Shown here: positions 26,801-39,089 of the stretch, in pieces
How positions within the stretch are numbered: the first letter of the stretch is position 1
Layout of the letters: every line of letters starts with the position of its first letter
Source: the human T2T-CHM13v2.0 reference genome, Homo sapiens
Length of the DNA: 64,000 nt
Direction: 5' to 3' (one strand)
Assembly: GCF_009914755.1 (NCBI RefSeq)
Contig: NC_060933.1
Notes under the pieces: model-generated
What the model saw: the letters and a program-made list of their open reading frames with translations, nothing else
Databases searched by the model: none
Told to the model about the DNA's origin: nothing
Position numbers and translations under genes: made by a program

Positions 26801-29800
26801 TGTTGAAAAAGGAAATATCTTCTCCTAAAAACCAGACAGAAGCATTCTCAGAAACTTCCTTGTGATGTGTGTACTCAAGTAACAGAGTTGAACCTTCCTT
26901 TTGACAGAGCAGTTTTGAAGCACTCTTTTTGTAGAATCTGCAAGTGGATATTTTGATACCTTTGAGGATTTCGTTGGACACGGGATATCTTCATATAAAA
27001 TCTAGACAGAAGCATTCTCAGAAACTTCTTTGTGCTGTATGTCCTCAATTAACAGAGTTGAACCTTTGTGTGGATACAGCATTTTGGAAACATTCCTTTA
27101 GTAGAATCTGCAAGTTGATATTTAGATAGCTAGGAAGATTTCCTTGGAAACGGGAATATCTTCATATAAAATCTAGACGGAAGCATTCTCAGAAAGTGCT
27201 TTGTGATGTTTGCATTCAAGTCACAGAGTTGAATATTCCCTTTAAAAGAGCAGGTTTGAAACACTGTTTCTGCACTACCTGGAAGTGGACATTTGGAGCG
27301 CTTTGAGGCCTATGTTGAAAAAGGAAATATCTTCCCATAAAAACTAGACAGAAGCATTCTCAGAAACTTGTTTGTGATGTGTGTATTCAACTAACAGAGA
27401 TGAACCTTTCTTTTTACAGAGCAGTTTTGAAACACTCTTTTTGTGGAATCTGAAAGTGGATATTTGGATAGCTTTGAGGATTTCGTTGGAAACGGGATTA
27501 CATATAAAACCTAGAGAGAAGCATTCTCAGGAACTTCTTTGTGATGTTTGCATTCAAGTCACAGAACTGAACATTCCCTTTCATAGAGCAGGTTTGAAAA
27601 ACTCTTTCTGTAGTATCTGCAAGCTGACGTTTCAAGCGCTTTCAGGCCTATGGTGAGAAAGGAAATATCTTCAAGTAAAAACTAGACAGAAGCATTCTCA
27701 GAAACTTATTTGCCATGTGTGTTCTCAACTAACAGAGTTGAACCTTTGTTTTGATACGGCATTTTGGAAACACTCTTTTTGTAGAATCTGCAGGTGGATA
27801 TTCGGATAGCTTTGAAGGTTTCGTTGGAAACGGGAATATCTTCATATAAAATCTAGACGGAAGCATTCTCAGAAACTGCTTTGTGATGTTTTCATTCAAG
27901 TCACAGAGTAGATGTTCCCTGTTATATACCAGGTTTGAGACACTCTTTCTGCACTACCTGGAAGTGGACGTTTGGAGCGCTTTGAGGCGTATGTTGAAAA
28001 AGGAAATATCTTCCCATAAAAACTAGACAGAAGCATTCTCAGAAACTTGTTTGTGATGTGTGTATTCAACTAACAGAGATGAACCTTTCTTTTTACAGAG
28101 CAGTTTTGAAACACTCTTTTTGTGGAATCTGAAAGTGGTTATTTGGATAGCTTTGAGGATTTCGTTTGAAAAGGGATTACATATAAAATCTAGAGAAAAG
28201 CATTCTCAGGAACTTCTTTGTGATGTTTGCATTCACGTCACAAAACTCAACATTCCCTTTCATACAGCATGTTTGAAACACTCTTTCTGTAGTATCTGCA
28301 AACGGACATTTCAAACGCTTTCAGGCCTATGGTGAGAAAGGAAATATCTTCAAATAAAAACTAGACAGAAGCATTCTCAGAAACTTATTTGCGATGTGTG
28401 TCCTCAACTAACAGAGTTGAACCTTTCTTTTGATACAACATTTTGGAACCACTCTTTTTGTAGAATCTGCAAGTGGATATTTGGATAGCTTTGAAGGTTT
28501 CGTTGGAAACGGGAATATCTTCATATAAAATCAAGACAGAAGCATTCTCAGAAACTTCTCTGTGATGTTTGCATTCAACTCATAGAGTTGAACACTTCCC
28601 TTCATACAGCAGGTTTGAAACACTCTTTTTGTAATATTTGGAAGTGGACATTTGCAGCGCTTTGAGGCCTATGATGAAAAAGGAAATATCTCCCCATAAA
28701 AACTAGACAGAAGCATTCTCAGAAACTTGTTTGTGATGTGTGTATTCAACTAACAGAGATGAACCTTTCTTTTTACAGAGCAGTTTTGAAACACTCTTTT
28801 TGTGGAATCTGAAAGTGGATATTTGGATAGCTTTGCGGATTTCGTTGGAAACGGGATTACATATAAAATCTAGGGAGAAGCATTCTCAGGAACTTCTTTG
28901 TGATGTTTGCATTCAAGTCACAGAACTGAACATTCCCTTTCATAGTGCAGGTTTGAAACACTCTTTCTGTAGTATCTACAAGCGGACGTTTCAAGCGCTT
29001 TCAGGCCTGTGGTGAAAAAGGAAATATCTTCAAATAAAAACTAGACAGAAGCATTCTCAGAAACTTATTTGCGATGTGTGTTCTCAACTAAAAGAGTTGA
29101 ACCTTTGTTTGGATACAACATTTTGGAAACACTCTTTTTGTAGAATCTGCAAGTGGATATTTGGATAGCTTTGAAGGTTTCGTTGGAAACGGGAATATCT
29201 TCATATAAAATCAAGACAGAAGCATTCTCAGAAACTTCTCTGTGATGTTTGCATTCAACTCATAGAGTTGAACACTTCCCTTCATACAGCAGGTTTGAAA
29301 CACTCTTTTTCTAATATTTGGAAGTGGACATTTGCAGGGCTTTGAGGCCTATGTTGAAAAAGGAAATATCTTCTCCTAAAAACCAGACAGAAGCATTCTC
29401 AGAAACTTCCTTGTGATGTGTGTACTCAAGTAACAGAGTTGAACCTTCCTTTTGACAGAGCAGTTTTGAAGCACTCTTTTTGTAGAATCTGCAAGTGGAT
29501 ATTTTGATACCTTTGAGGATTTCGTTGGACACGGGATATCTTCATATAAAATCTAGACAGAAGCATTCTCAGAAACTTCTTTGTGCTGTATGTCCTCAAT
29601 TAACAGAGTTGAACCTTTGTGTGGATACAGCATTTTGGAAACATTCCTTTAGTAGAATCTGCAAGTTGATATTTAGATAGCTAGGAAGATTTCCTTGGAA
29701 ACGGGAATATCTTCATATAAAATCTAGATGGAAGCATTCTCAGAAAGTGCTTTGTGATGTTTGCATTCAAGTCACAGAGTTGAATATTCCCTTTTATAGA

Positions 29801-32800
29801 GCAGGTTTGAAACACTCTTTCTGCACTACCTGGAAGTGGACATTTGGAGCGCTTTGAGGCCTATGTTGAAAAAGGAAATATCTTCCCATAAAAACTAGAC
29901 AGAAGCATTCTCAGAAACTTGTTTGTGATGTGTGTATTCAACTAACAGAGATGAACCTTTCTTTTTACAGAGCAGTTTTGAAACACTCTTTTTGTGGAAT
30001 CTGAAAGTGGATATTTGGATAGCTTTGAGGATTTCGTTGGAAACGGGATTACATATAAAACCTAGAGAGAAGCATTCTCAGGAACTTCTTTGTGATGTTT
30101 GCATTCAAGTCACAGAACTGAACATTCCCTTTCATAGAGCAGGTTTGAAACACTCTTTCTGTAGTATCTGCAAGCTGACGTTTCATGCGTTTTCAGGCCT
30201 ATGGTGAGAAAGGAAATATCTTCAAGTAAAAACTAGACAGAAGCATTCTCAGAAACTTATTTGCCATGTGTGTTCTCAACTAACAGAGTTGAACCTTTGT
30301 TTTGATACGGCATTTTGGAAACACTCTTTTTGTAGAATCTGCAGGTGGATATTCGGATAGCTTTGAAGGTTTCGTTGGAAACGGGAATATCTTCATATAA
30401 AATCTACACGGAAGCATTCTCAGAAACTGCTTTGTGATGTTCTCATTCAAGTCACAGAGTAGAATGTTCCCTGTTATATACCAGGTTTGAGACACTCTTT
30501 CTGCACTACCTGGAAGTGGACGTTTGGAGCGCTTTGAGGCGTATGTTGAAAAAGGAAATATCTTCCCATAAAAACTAGACAGAAGCATTCTCAGAAACTT
30601 ATTTGCGATGTGTGTTCTCAACTAAAAGAGTTGAACCTTTGTTTGGATACAGCACTTTGGAAACACTCTTTTTGTAGAATCTGCAAGTGGATATTTGGAT
30701 AGCTTTGAAGGTTTCGTTGGAAACGGGAATATCTTCATATAAAATCAAGACAGAAGCATTCTCAGAAACTTCTCTGTGATGTTTGCATTCAACTCATAGA
30801 GTTGAACACTTCCCTTCATACAGCAGGTTTGAAACACTCTTTTTCTAATATTTGGAAGTGGACATTTGCAGCGCTTTGAGGCCTATGTTGAAAAAGGAAA
30901 TATCTTCTCCTAAAAACCAGACAGAAGCATTCTCAGAAACTTCCTTGTGATGTGTGTACTCAAGTAACAGAGTTGAACCTTCCTTTTGACAGAGCAGTTT
31001 TGAAGCACTCTTTTTGTAGAATCTGCAAGTGGATATTTTGATACCTTTGAGGATTTCGTTGGACACGGGATATCTTCATATAAAATCTAGACAGAAGCAT
31101 TCTCAGAAACTTCTTTGTGCTGTATGTCCTCAATTAACAGAGTTGAACCTTTGTGTGGATACAGCATTTTGGAAACATTCCTTTAGTAGAATCTGCAAGT
31201 TGATATTTAGATAGCTAGGAAGATTTCCTTGGAAACGGGAATATCTTCATATAAAATCTAGACGGAAGCATTCTCAGAAAGTGCTTTGTGATGTTTGCAT
31301 TCAAGTCACAGAGTTGAATATTCCCTTTAAAAGAGCAGGTTTGAAACACTGTTTCTGCACTACCTGGAAGTGGACATTTGGAGCGCTTTGAGGCCTATGT
31401 TGAAAAAGGAAATATCTTCCCATAAAAACTAGACAGAAGCATTCTCAGAAACTTGTTTGTGATGTGTGTATTCAACTAACAGAGATGAACCTTTCTTTTT
31501 ACAGAGCAGTTTTGAAACACTCTTTTTGTGGAATCTGAAAGTGGATATTTGGATAGCTTTGAGGATTTCGTTGGAAACGGGATTACATATAAAACCTAGA
31601 GAGAAGCATTCTCAGGAACTTCTTTGTGATGTTTGCATTCAAGTCACAGAACTGAACATTCCCTTTCATAGAGCAGGTTTGAAAAACTCTTTCTGTAGTA
31701 TCTGCAAGCTGACGTTTCAAGCGCTTTCAGGCCTATGGTGAGAAAGGAAATATCTTCAAGTAAAAACTAGACAGAAGCATTCTCAGAAACTTATTTGCCA
31801 TGTGTGTTCTCAACTAACAGAGTTGAACCTTTGTTTTGATACGGCATTTTGGAAACACTCTTTTTGTAGAATCTGCAGGTGGATATTCGGATAGCTTTGA
31901 AGGTTTCGTTGGAAACGGGAATATCTTCATATAAAATCTAGACGGAAGCATTCTCAGAAACTGCTTTGTGATGTTTTCATTCAAGTCACAGAGTAGATGT
32001 TCCCTGTTATATACCAGGTTTGAGACACTCTTTCTGCACTACCTGGAAGTGGACGTTTGGAGCGCTTTGAGGCGTATGTTGAAAAAGGAAATATCTTCCC
32101 ATAAAAACTAGACAGAAGCATTCTCAGAAACTTGTTTGTGATGTGTGTATTCAACTAACAGAGATGAACCTTTCTTTTTACAGAGCAGTTTTGAAACACT
32201 CTTTTTGTGGAATCTGAAAGTGGTTATTTGGATAGCTTTGAGGATTTCGTTTGAAAAGGGATTACATATAAAATCTAGAGAAAAGCATTCTCAGGAACTT
32301 CTTTGTGATGTTTGCATTCACGTCACAAAACTCAACATTCCCTTTCATACAGCATGTTTGAAACACTCTTTCTGTAGTATCTGCAAACGGACATTTCAAA
32401 CGCTTTCAGGCCTATGGTGAGAAAGGAAATATCTTCAAATAAAAACTAGACAGAAGCATTCTCAGAAACTTATTTGCGATGTGTGTCCTCAACTAACAGA
32501 GTTGAACCTTTCTTTTGATACAACATTTTGGAACCACTCTTTTTGTAGAATCTGCAAGTGGATATTTGGATAGCTTTGAAGGTTTCGTTGGAAACGGGAA
32601 TATCTTCATATAAAATCAAGACAGAAGCATTCTCAGAAACTTCTCTGTGATGTTTGCATTCAACTCATAGAGTTGAACACTTCCCTTCATACAGCAGGTT
32701 TGAAACACTCTTTTTGTAATATTTGGAAGTGGACATTTGCAGCGCTTTGAGGCCTATGATGAAAAAGGAAATATCTCCCCATAAAAACTAGACAGAAGCA

Positions 32801-35800
32801 TTCTCAGAAACTTGTTTGTGATGTGTGTATTCAACTAACAGAGATGAACCTTTCTTTTTACAGAGCAGTTTTGAAACACTCTTTTTGTGGAATCTGAAAG
32901 TGGATATTTGGATAGCTTTGCGGATTTCGTTGGAAACGGGATTACATATAAAATCTAGGGAGAAGCATTCTCAGGAACTTCTTTGTGATGTTTGCATTCA
33001 AGTCACAGAACTGAACATTCCCTTTCATAGAGCAGGTTTGAAACACTCTTTCTGTAGTATCTGCAAGCGGACGTTTCAAGCGCTTTCAGGCCTGTGGTGA
33101 AAAAGGAAATATCTTCAAATAAAAACTAGACAGAAGCATTCTCAGAAACTTATTTGCGATGTGTGTTCTCAACTAAAAGAGTTGAACCTTTGTTTGGATA
33201 CAGCACTTTGGAAACACTCTTTTTGTAGAATCTGCAAGTGGATATTTGGATAGCTTTGAAGGTTTCGTTGGAAACGGGAATATCTTCATATAAAATCAAG
33301 ACAGAAGCATTCTCAGAAACTTCTCTGTGATGTTTGCATTCAACTCATAGAGTTGAACACTTCCCTTCATACAGCAGGTGTGAAACACCCTTTTTCTAAT
33401 ATTTGGAAGTGGACATTTGCAGCGCTTTGAGGCCTATGTTGAAAAAGGAAATATCTTCTCCTAAAAACCAGACGGAAGCATTCTCAGAAACTTCCTTGTG
33501 ATGTGTGTACTCAAGTAACAGAGTTGAACCTTCCTTTTGACAGAGCAGTTTTGAAGCACTCTTTTTGTAGAATCTGCAAGTGGATATTTTGATACCTTTG
33601 AGGATTTCGTTGGACACGGGATATCTTCATATAAAATCTAGACAGAAGCATTCTCAGAAACTTCTTTGTGCTGTATGTCCTCAATTAACAGAGTTGAACC
33701 TTTGTGTGGATACAGCATTTTGGAAACATTCCTTTAGTAGAATCTGCAAGTTGATATTTAGATAGCTAGGAAGATTTCCTTGGAAACGGGAATATCTTCA
33801 TATAAAATCTAGACGGAAGCATTCTCAGAAAGTGCTTTGTGATGTTTGCATTCAAGTCACAGAGTTGAATATTCCCTTTTATAGAGCAGGTTTGAAACAC
33901 TCTTTCTGCACTACCTGGAAGTGGACATTTCGAGCGCTTTGAGGCCTATGTAGAAAAAGGAAATATCTTCCCATAAAAACTAGACAGAAGCATTCTCAGA
34001 AACTTGTTTGTGATGTGTGTATTCAACTAACAGAGATGAACCTTTCTTTTTACAGAGCAGTTTTGAAACACTCTTTTTGTGGAATCTGAAAGTGGATATT
34101 TGGATAGCTTTGAGGATTTCGTTGGAAACGGGATTACATATAAAACCTAGAGAGAAGCATTCTCAGGAACTTCTTTGTGATGTTTGCATTCAAGTCACAG
34201 AACTGAACATTCCCTTTCATAGAGCAGGTTTGAAACACTCTTTCTGTATTATCTGCAAGCTGACGTTTCAAGCGCTTTCAGGCCTATGGTGAGAAAGGAA
34301 ATATCTTCAAGTAAAAACTAGACAGAAGCATTCTCAGAAACTTATTTGCCATGTGTGTTCTCAACTAACAGAGTTGAACCTTTGTTTTGATACGGCATTT
34401 TGGAAACACTCTTTTTGTAGAATCTGCAGGTGGATATTCGGATAGCTTTGAAGGTTTCGTTGGAAACGGGAATATCTTCATATAAAATCTAGACGGAAGC
34501 ATTCTCAGAAACTGCTTTGTGATGTTTTCATTCAAGTCACAGAGTAGAATGTTCCCTGTTATATACCAGGTTTGAGACACTCTTTCTGCACTACCTGGAA
34601 GTGGACGTTTGGAGCGCTTTGAGGCCTATGTTGAAAAAGGAAATATCTTCCCATAAAAACTAGACAGAAGCATTCTCAGAAACTTGTTTGTGATGTGTGT
34701 ATTCAACTAAGAGAGATGAACCTTTCTTTTTACAGAGCAGTTTTGAAACACTCTTTTTGTGGAATCTGAAAGTGGTTATTTGGATAGCTTTGAGGATTTC
34801 GTTGGAAACGGGATTACATATAAAATCTAGAGAGAAGCATTCTCAGGAACTTCTTTGTGATGTTTGCATTCACGTCACAAAACTGAACATTCCCTTTCAT
34901 AGAGCATGTTTGAAACACTCTTTCTGTAGTATCTGCAAACGGACATTTCAAACGCTTTCAGGCCTATGGTGAGAAAGGAAATATCTTCAAATAAAAACTA
35001 GACAGAAGCATTCTCAGAAACTTATTTGCGATGTGTGTCCTCAACTAACAGAGTTGAACCTTTCTTTTGATACAACATTTTGGAACCACTCTTTTTGTAG
35101 AATCTGCAAGTGGATATTTGGATAGCTTTGAAGGTTTCGTTGGAAACGGGAATATCTTCATATAAAATCAAGACAGAAGCATTCTCAGAAACTTCTCTGT
35201 GATGTTTGCATTCAACTCATAGAGTTGAACACTTCCCTTCATACAGCAGGTTTGAAACACTCTTTTTGTAATATTTGGAAGTGGACATTTGCAGCGCTTT
35301 GAGGCCTATGATGAAAAAGGAAATATCTTCCCATAAAAACTAGACAGAAGCATTCTCAGAAACTTGTTTGTGATGTGTGTATTCAACTAACAGAGATGAA
35401 CCTTTCTTTTTACAGAGCAGTTTTGAAACACTCTTTTTGTGGAATCTGAAAGTGGATATTTGGATAGCTTTGCGGATTTCGTTGGAAACGGGATTACATA
35501 TAAAATCTAGGGAGAAGCATTCTCAGGAACTTCTTTGTGATGTTTGCATTCAAGTCACAGAACTGAACATTCCCTTTCATAGAGCAGGTTTGAAACACTC
35601 TTTCTGTAGTATCTGCAAGCGGACGTTTGAAGCGCTTTCAGGCCTGTGGTGAAAAAGGAAATATCTTCAAATAAAAACTAGACAGAAGCATTCTCAGAAA
35701 CTTATTTGCGATGTGTGTCCTCAACTAACAGAGTTGAACCTTTCTTTTGATACAACATTTTGGAACCACTCTTTTTGTAGAATCTGCAAGTGGATATTTG

Positions 35801-36025
35801 GATAGCTTTGAAGGTTTCGTTGGAAACGGGAATATCTTCATATAAAATCAAGACAGAAACATTCTCCGAAACTTCTCTGTGATGTTTGCATTCAACTCAT
35901 AGAGTTGAACACTTCCCTTCATACAGCAGGTTTGAAACACTCTTTTTCTAATATTTGGAAGTGGACATTTGCAGCGCTTTGAGGCCTATGTTGAAAAAGG
36001 AAATATCTTCTCCTGAAAACCAGAC

Positions 36026-37217
36026 AGAAGCATTCTCAGAAACTTCCTTGTGATGTGTGTACTCAAGTAACAGAGTTGAACCTTCCTTTTGAAAGAGCAG
36101 TTTTGAAGCACTCTTTTTGTAGAATCTGCAAGTGGATATTTTGATACCTTTGAGGATTTCGTTGGACACGGGATATCTTCATATAAAATCTAGACAGAAG
36201 CATTCTCAGAAACTTCTTTGTGCTGTATGTCCTCAATTAACAGAGTTGAACCTTTGTGTGGATACAGCATTTTGGAAACATTCCTTTAGTAGAATCTGCA
36301 AGTTGATATTTAGATAGCTAGGAAGATTTCCTTGGAAACGGGAATATCTTCATATAAAATCTAGACGGAAGCATTCTCAGAAAGTGCTTTGTGATGTTTG
36401 CATTCAAGTCACAGAGTTGAATATTCCCTTTTATAGAGCAGGTTTGAAACACTCTTTCTGCACTACCTGGAAGTGGACATTTGGAGCGCTTTGAGGCCTA
36501 TGTTGAAAAAGGAAATATCTTCCCATAAAAACTAGACAGAAGCATTCTCAGAAACTTGTTTGTGATGTGTGTATTCAACTAACAGAGATGAACCTTTCTT
36601 TTTACAGAGCAGTTTTGAAACACTCTTTTTGTGGAATCTGAAAGTGGATATTTGGATAGCTTTGAGGATTTCGTTGGAAACGGGATTACATATAAAACCT
36701 AGAGAGAAGCATTCTCAGGAACTTCTTTGTGATGTTTGCATTCAAGTCACAGAACTGAACATTCCCTTTCATAGAGCAGGTTTGAAACACTCTTTCTGTA
36801 GTATCTGCAAGCTGACGTTTCATGCGTTTTCAGGCATATGGTGAGAAAGGAAATATCTTCAAGTAAAAACTAGACAGAAGCATTCTCAGAAACTTATTTG
36901 CCATGTGTGTTCTCAACTAACAGAGTTGAACCTTTGTTTTGATACGGCATTTTGGAAACACTCTTTTTGTAGAATCTGCAGGTGGATATTCGGATAGCTT
37001 TGAAGGTTTCGTTGGAAACGGGAATATCTTCATATAAAATCAAGACAGAAACATTCTCAGAAACTTCTCTGTGATGTTTGCATTCAACTCATAGAGTTGA
37101 ACACTTCCCTTCATACAGCAGGTTTGAAACACTCTTTTTCTAATATTTGGAAGTGGACATTTGCAGCGCTTTGAGGCCTATGTTGAAAAAGGAAATATCT
37201 TCTCCTAAAAACCAGAC
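36026..37217 (+). repeat. 7-mer HOR variant (1192 bp; T plus A/C hybrid tetramer); second copy at 39090-40281
   Basis: Spacing is 1192 bp. A-specific gcaggtggatattcgga is followed by C-type caagacag...ttctaat. Confidence 0.92.
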
Positions 37218-39089
37218 AGAAGCATTCTCAGAAACTTCCTTGTGATGTGTGTACTCAAGTAACAGAGTTGAACCTTCCTTTTGAAAGAGCAGTTTTGAAG
37301 CACTCTTTTTGTAGAATCTGCAAGTGGATATTTTGATACCTTTGAGGATTTCGTTGGACACGGGATATCTTCATATAAAATCTAGACAGAAGCATTCTCA
37401 GAAACTTCTTTGTGCTGTATGTCCTCAATTAACAGAGTTGAACCTTTGTGTGGATACAGCATTTTGGAAACATTCCTTTAGTAGAATCTGCAAGTTGATA
37501 TTTAGATAGCTAGGAAGATTTCCTTGGAAACGGGAATATCTTCATATAAAATCTAGACGGAAGCATTCTCAGAAAGTGCTTTGTGATGTTTGCATTCAAG
37601 TCACAGAGTTGAATATTCCCTTTTATAGAGCAGGTTTGAAACACTGTTTCTGCACTACCTGGAAGTGGACATTTGGAGCACTTTGAGGCCTATGTTGAAA
37701 AAGGAAATATCTTCCCATAAAAACTAGACAGAAGCATTCTCAGAAACTTGTTTGTGATGTGTGTATTCAACTAACAGAGATGAACCTTTCTTTTTACAGA
37801 GCAGTTTTGAAACACTTTTTTTGTGGAATCTGAAAGTGGTTATTTGGATAGCTTTGAGGATTTCGTTGGAAACGGGATTACATATAAAACCTAGAGAGAA
37901 GCATTCTCAGGAACTTCTTTGTGATGTTTGCATTCAAGTCACAGAACTGAACATTCCCTTTCATAGAGCATGTGTGAAACACTCTTTCTGTAGTATCTGC
38001 AAACGGACATTTCAAACGCTTTCAGGCCTATGGTGAGAAAGGAAATATCTTCAAATAAAAACTAGACAGAAGAATTCTCAGAAACTTATTTGCGATGTGT
38101 GTCCTCAACTAACAGAGTTGAACCTTTCTTTTGATACAACATTTTGGAACCACTCTTTTTGTAGAATCTGCAAGTGGATATTTGGATAGCTTTGAAGGTT
38201 TCGTTGGAAACTGGAATATCTTCATATAAAAACAAGACAGAAGCATTCTCAGAAACTTCTCTGTGATGTTTGCATTCAACTCATAGAGTTGAACACTTCC
38301 CTTCATACAGCAGGTTTGAAACACTCTTTTTGTAATATTTGGAAGTGGACATTTGCAGCGCTTTGAGGCCTATGATGAAAAAGGAAATATCTTCCCATAA
38401 AAACTAGACAGAAGCATTCTCAGAAACTTGTTTGTGATGTGTGTATTCAACTAACAGAGATGAACCTTTCTTTTTACAGAGCAGTTTTGAAACACTCTTT
38501 TTGTGGAATCTGAAAGTGGATATTTGGATAGCTTTGCGGATTTCGTTGGAAACGGGATTACATATAAAATCTAGGGAGAAGCATTCTCAGGAACTTCTTT
38601 GTGATGTTTGCGTTCAAGTCACAGAACTGAACATTCCCTTTCATAGAGCAGGTTTGAAACACTCTTTCTGTAGTATCTGCAAGCGGACGTTTGAAGCGTT
38701 TTCAGGCCTGTGGTGAAAAAGGAAATATCTTCAAGTAAAAACTAGACAGAAGCATTCTCAGAAACTTATTTGCGATGTGTGTTCTCAACTAAAAGAGTTG
38801 AACCTTTGTTTGGATACAGCACTTTGGAAACACTCTTTTTGTAGAATCTGCAAGTGGATATTTGGATAGCTTTGAATGTTTCGTTGGAAACGGGAATATC
38901 TTCATATAAAATCAAGACAGAAGCATTCTCAGAAACTTCTCTGTGATGTTTGCATTCAACTCATAGAGTTGAACACTTCCCTTCATACAGCAGGTTTGAA
39001 ACACTCTTTTTCTAATATTTGGAAGTGGACATTTGCAGCGCTTTGAGGCCTATGTTGAAAAAGGAAATATCTTCTCCTAAAAACCAGAC
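37218..39089 (+). repeat. 11-mer HOR variant type II (T-A/B hybrid-C); second copy at 40282-42153
   Basis: Spacing is 1872 bp. The first tetramer starts as A (aacctagag, caagtc) and switches to B (gcatg, aaacggac); an intact C follows. Confidence 0.88.
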
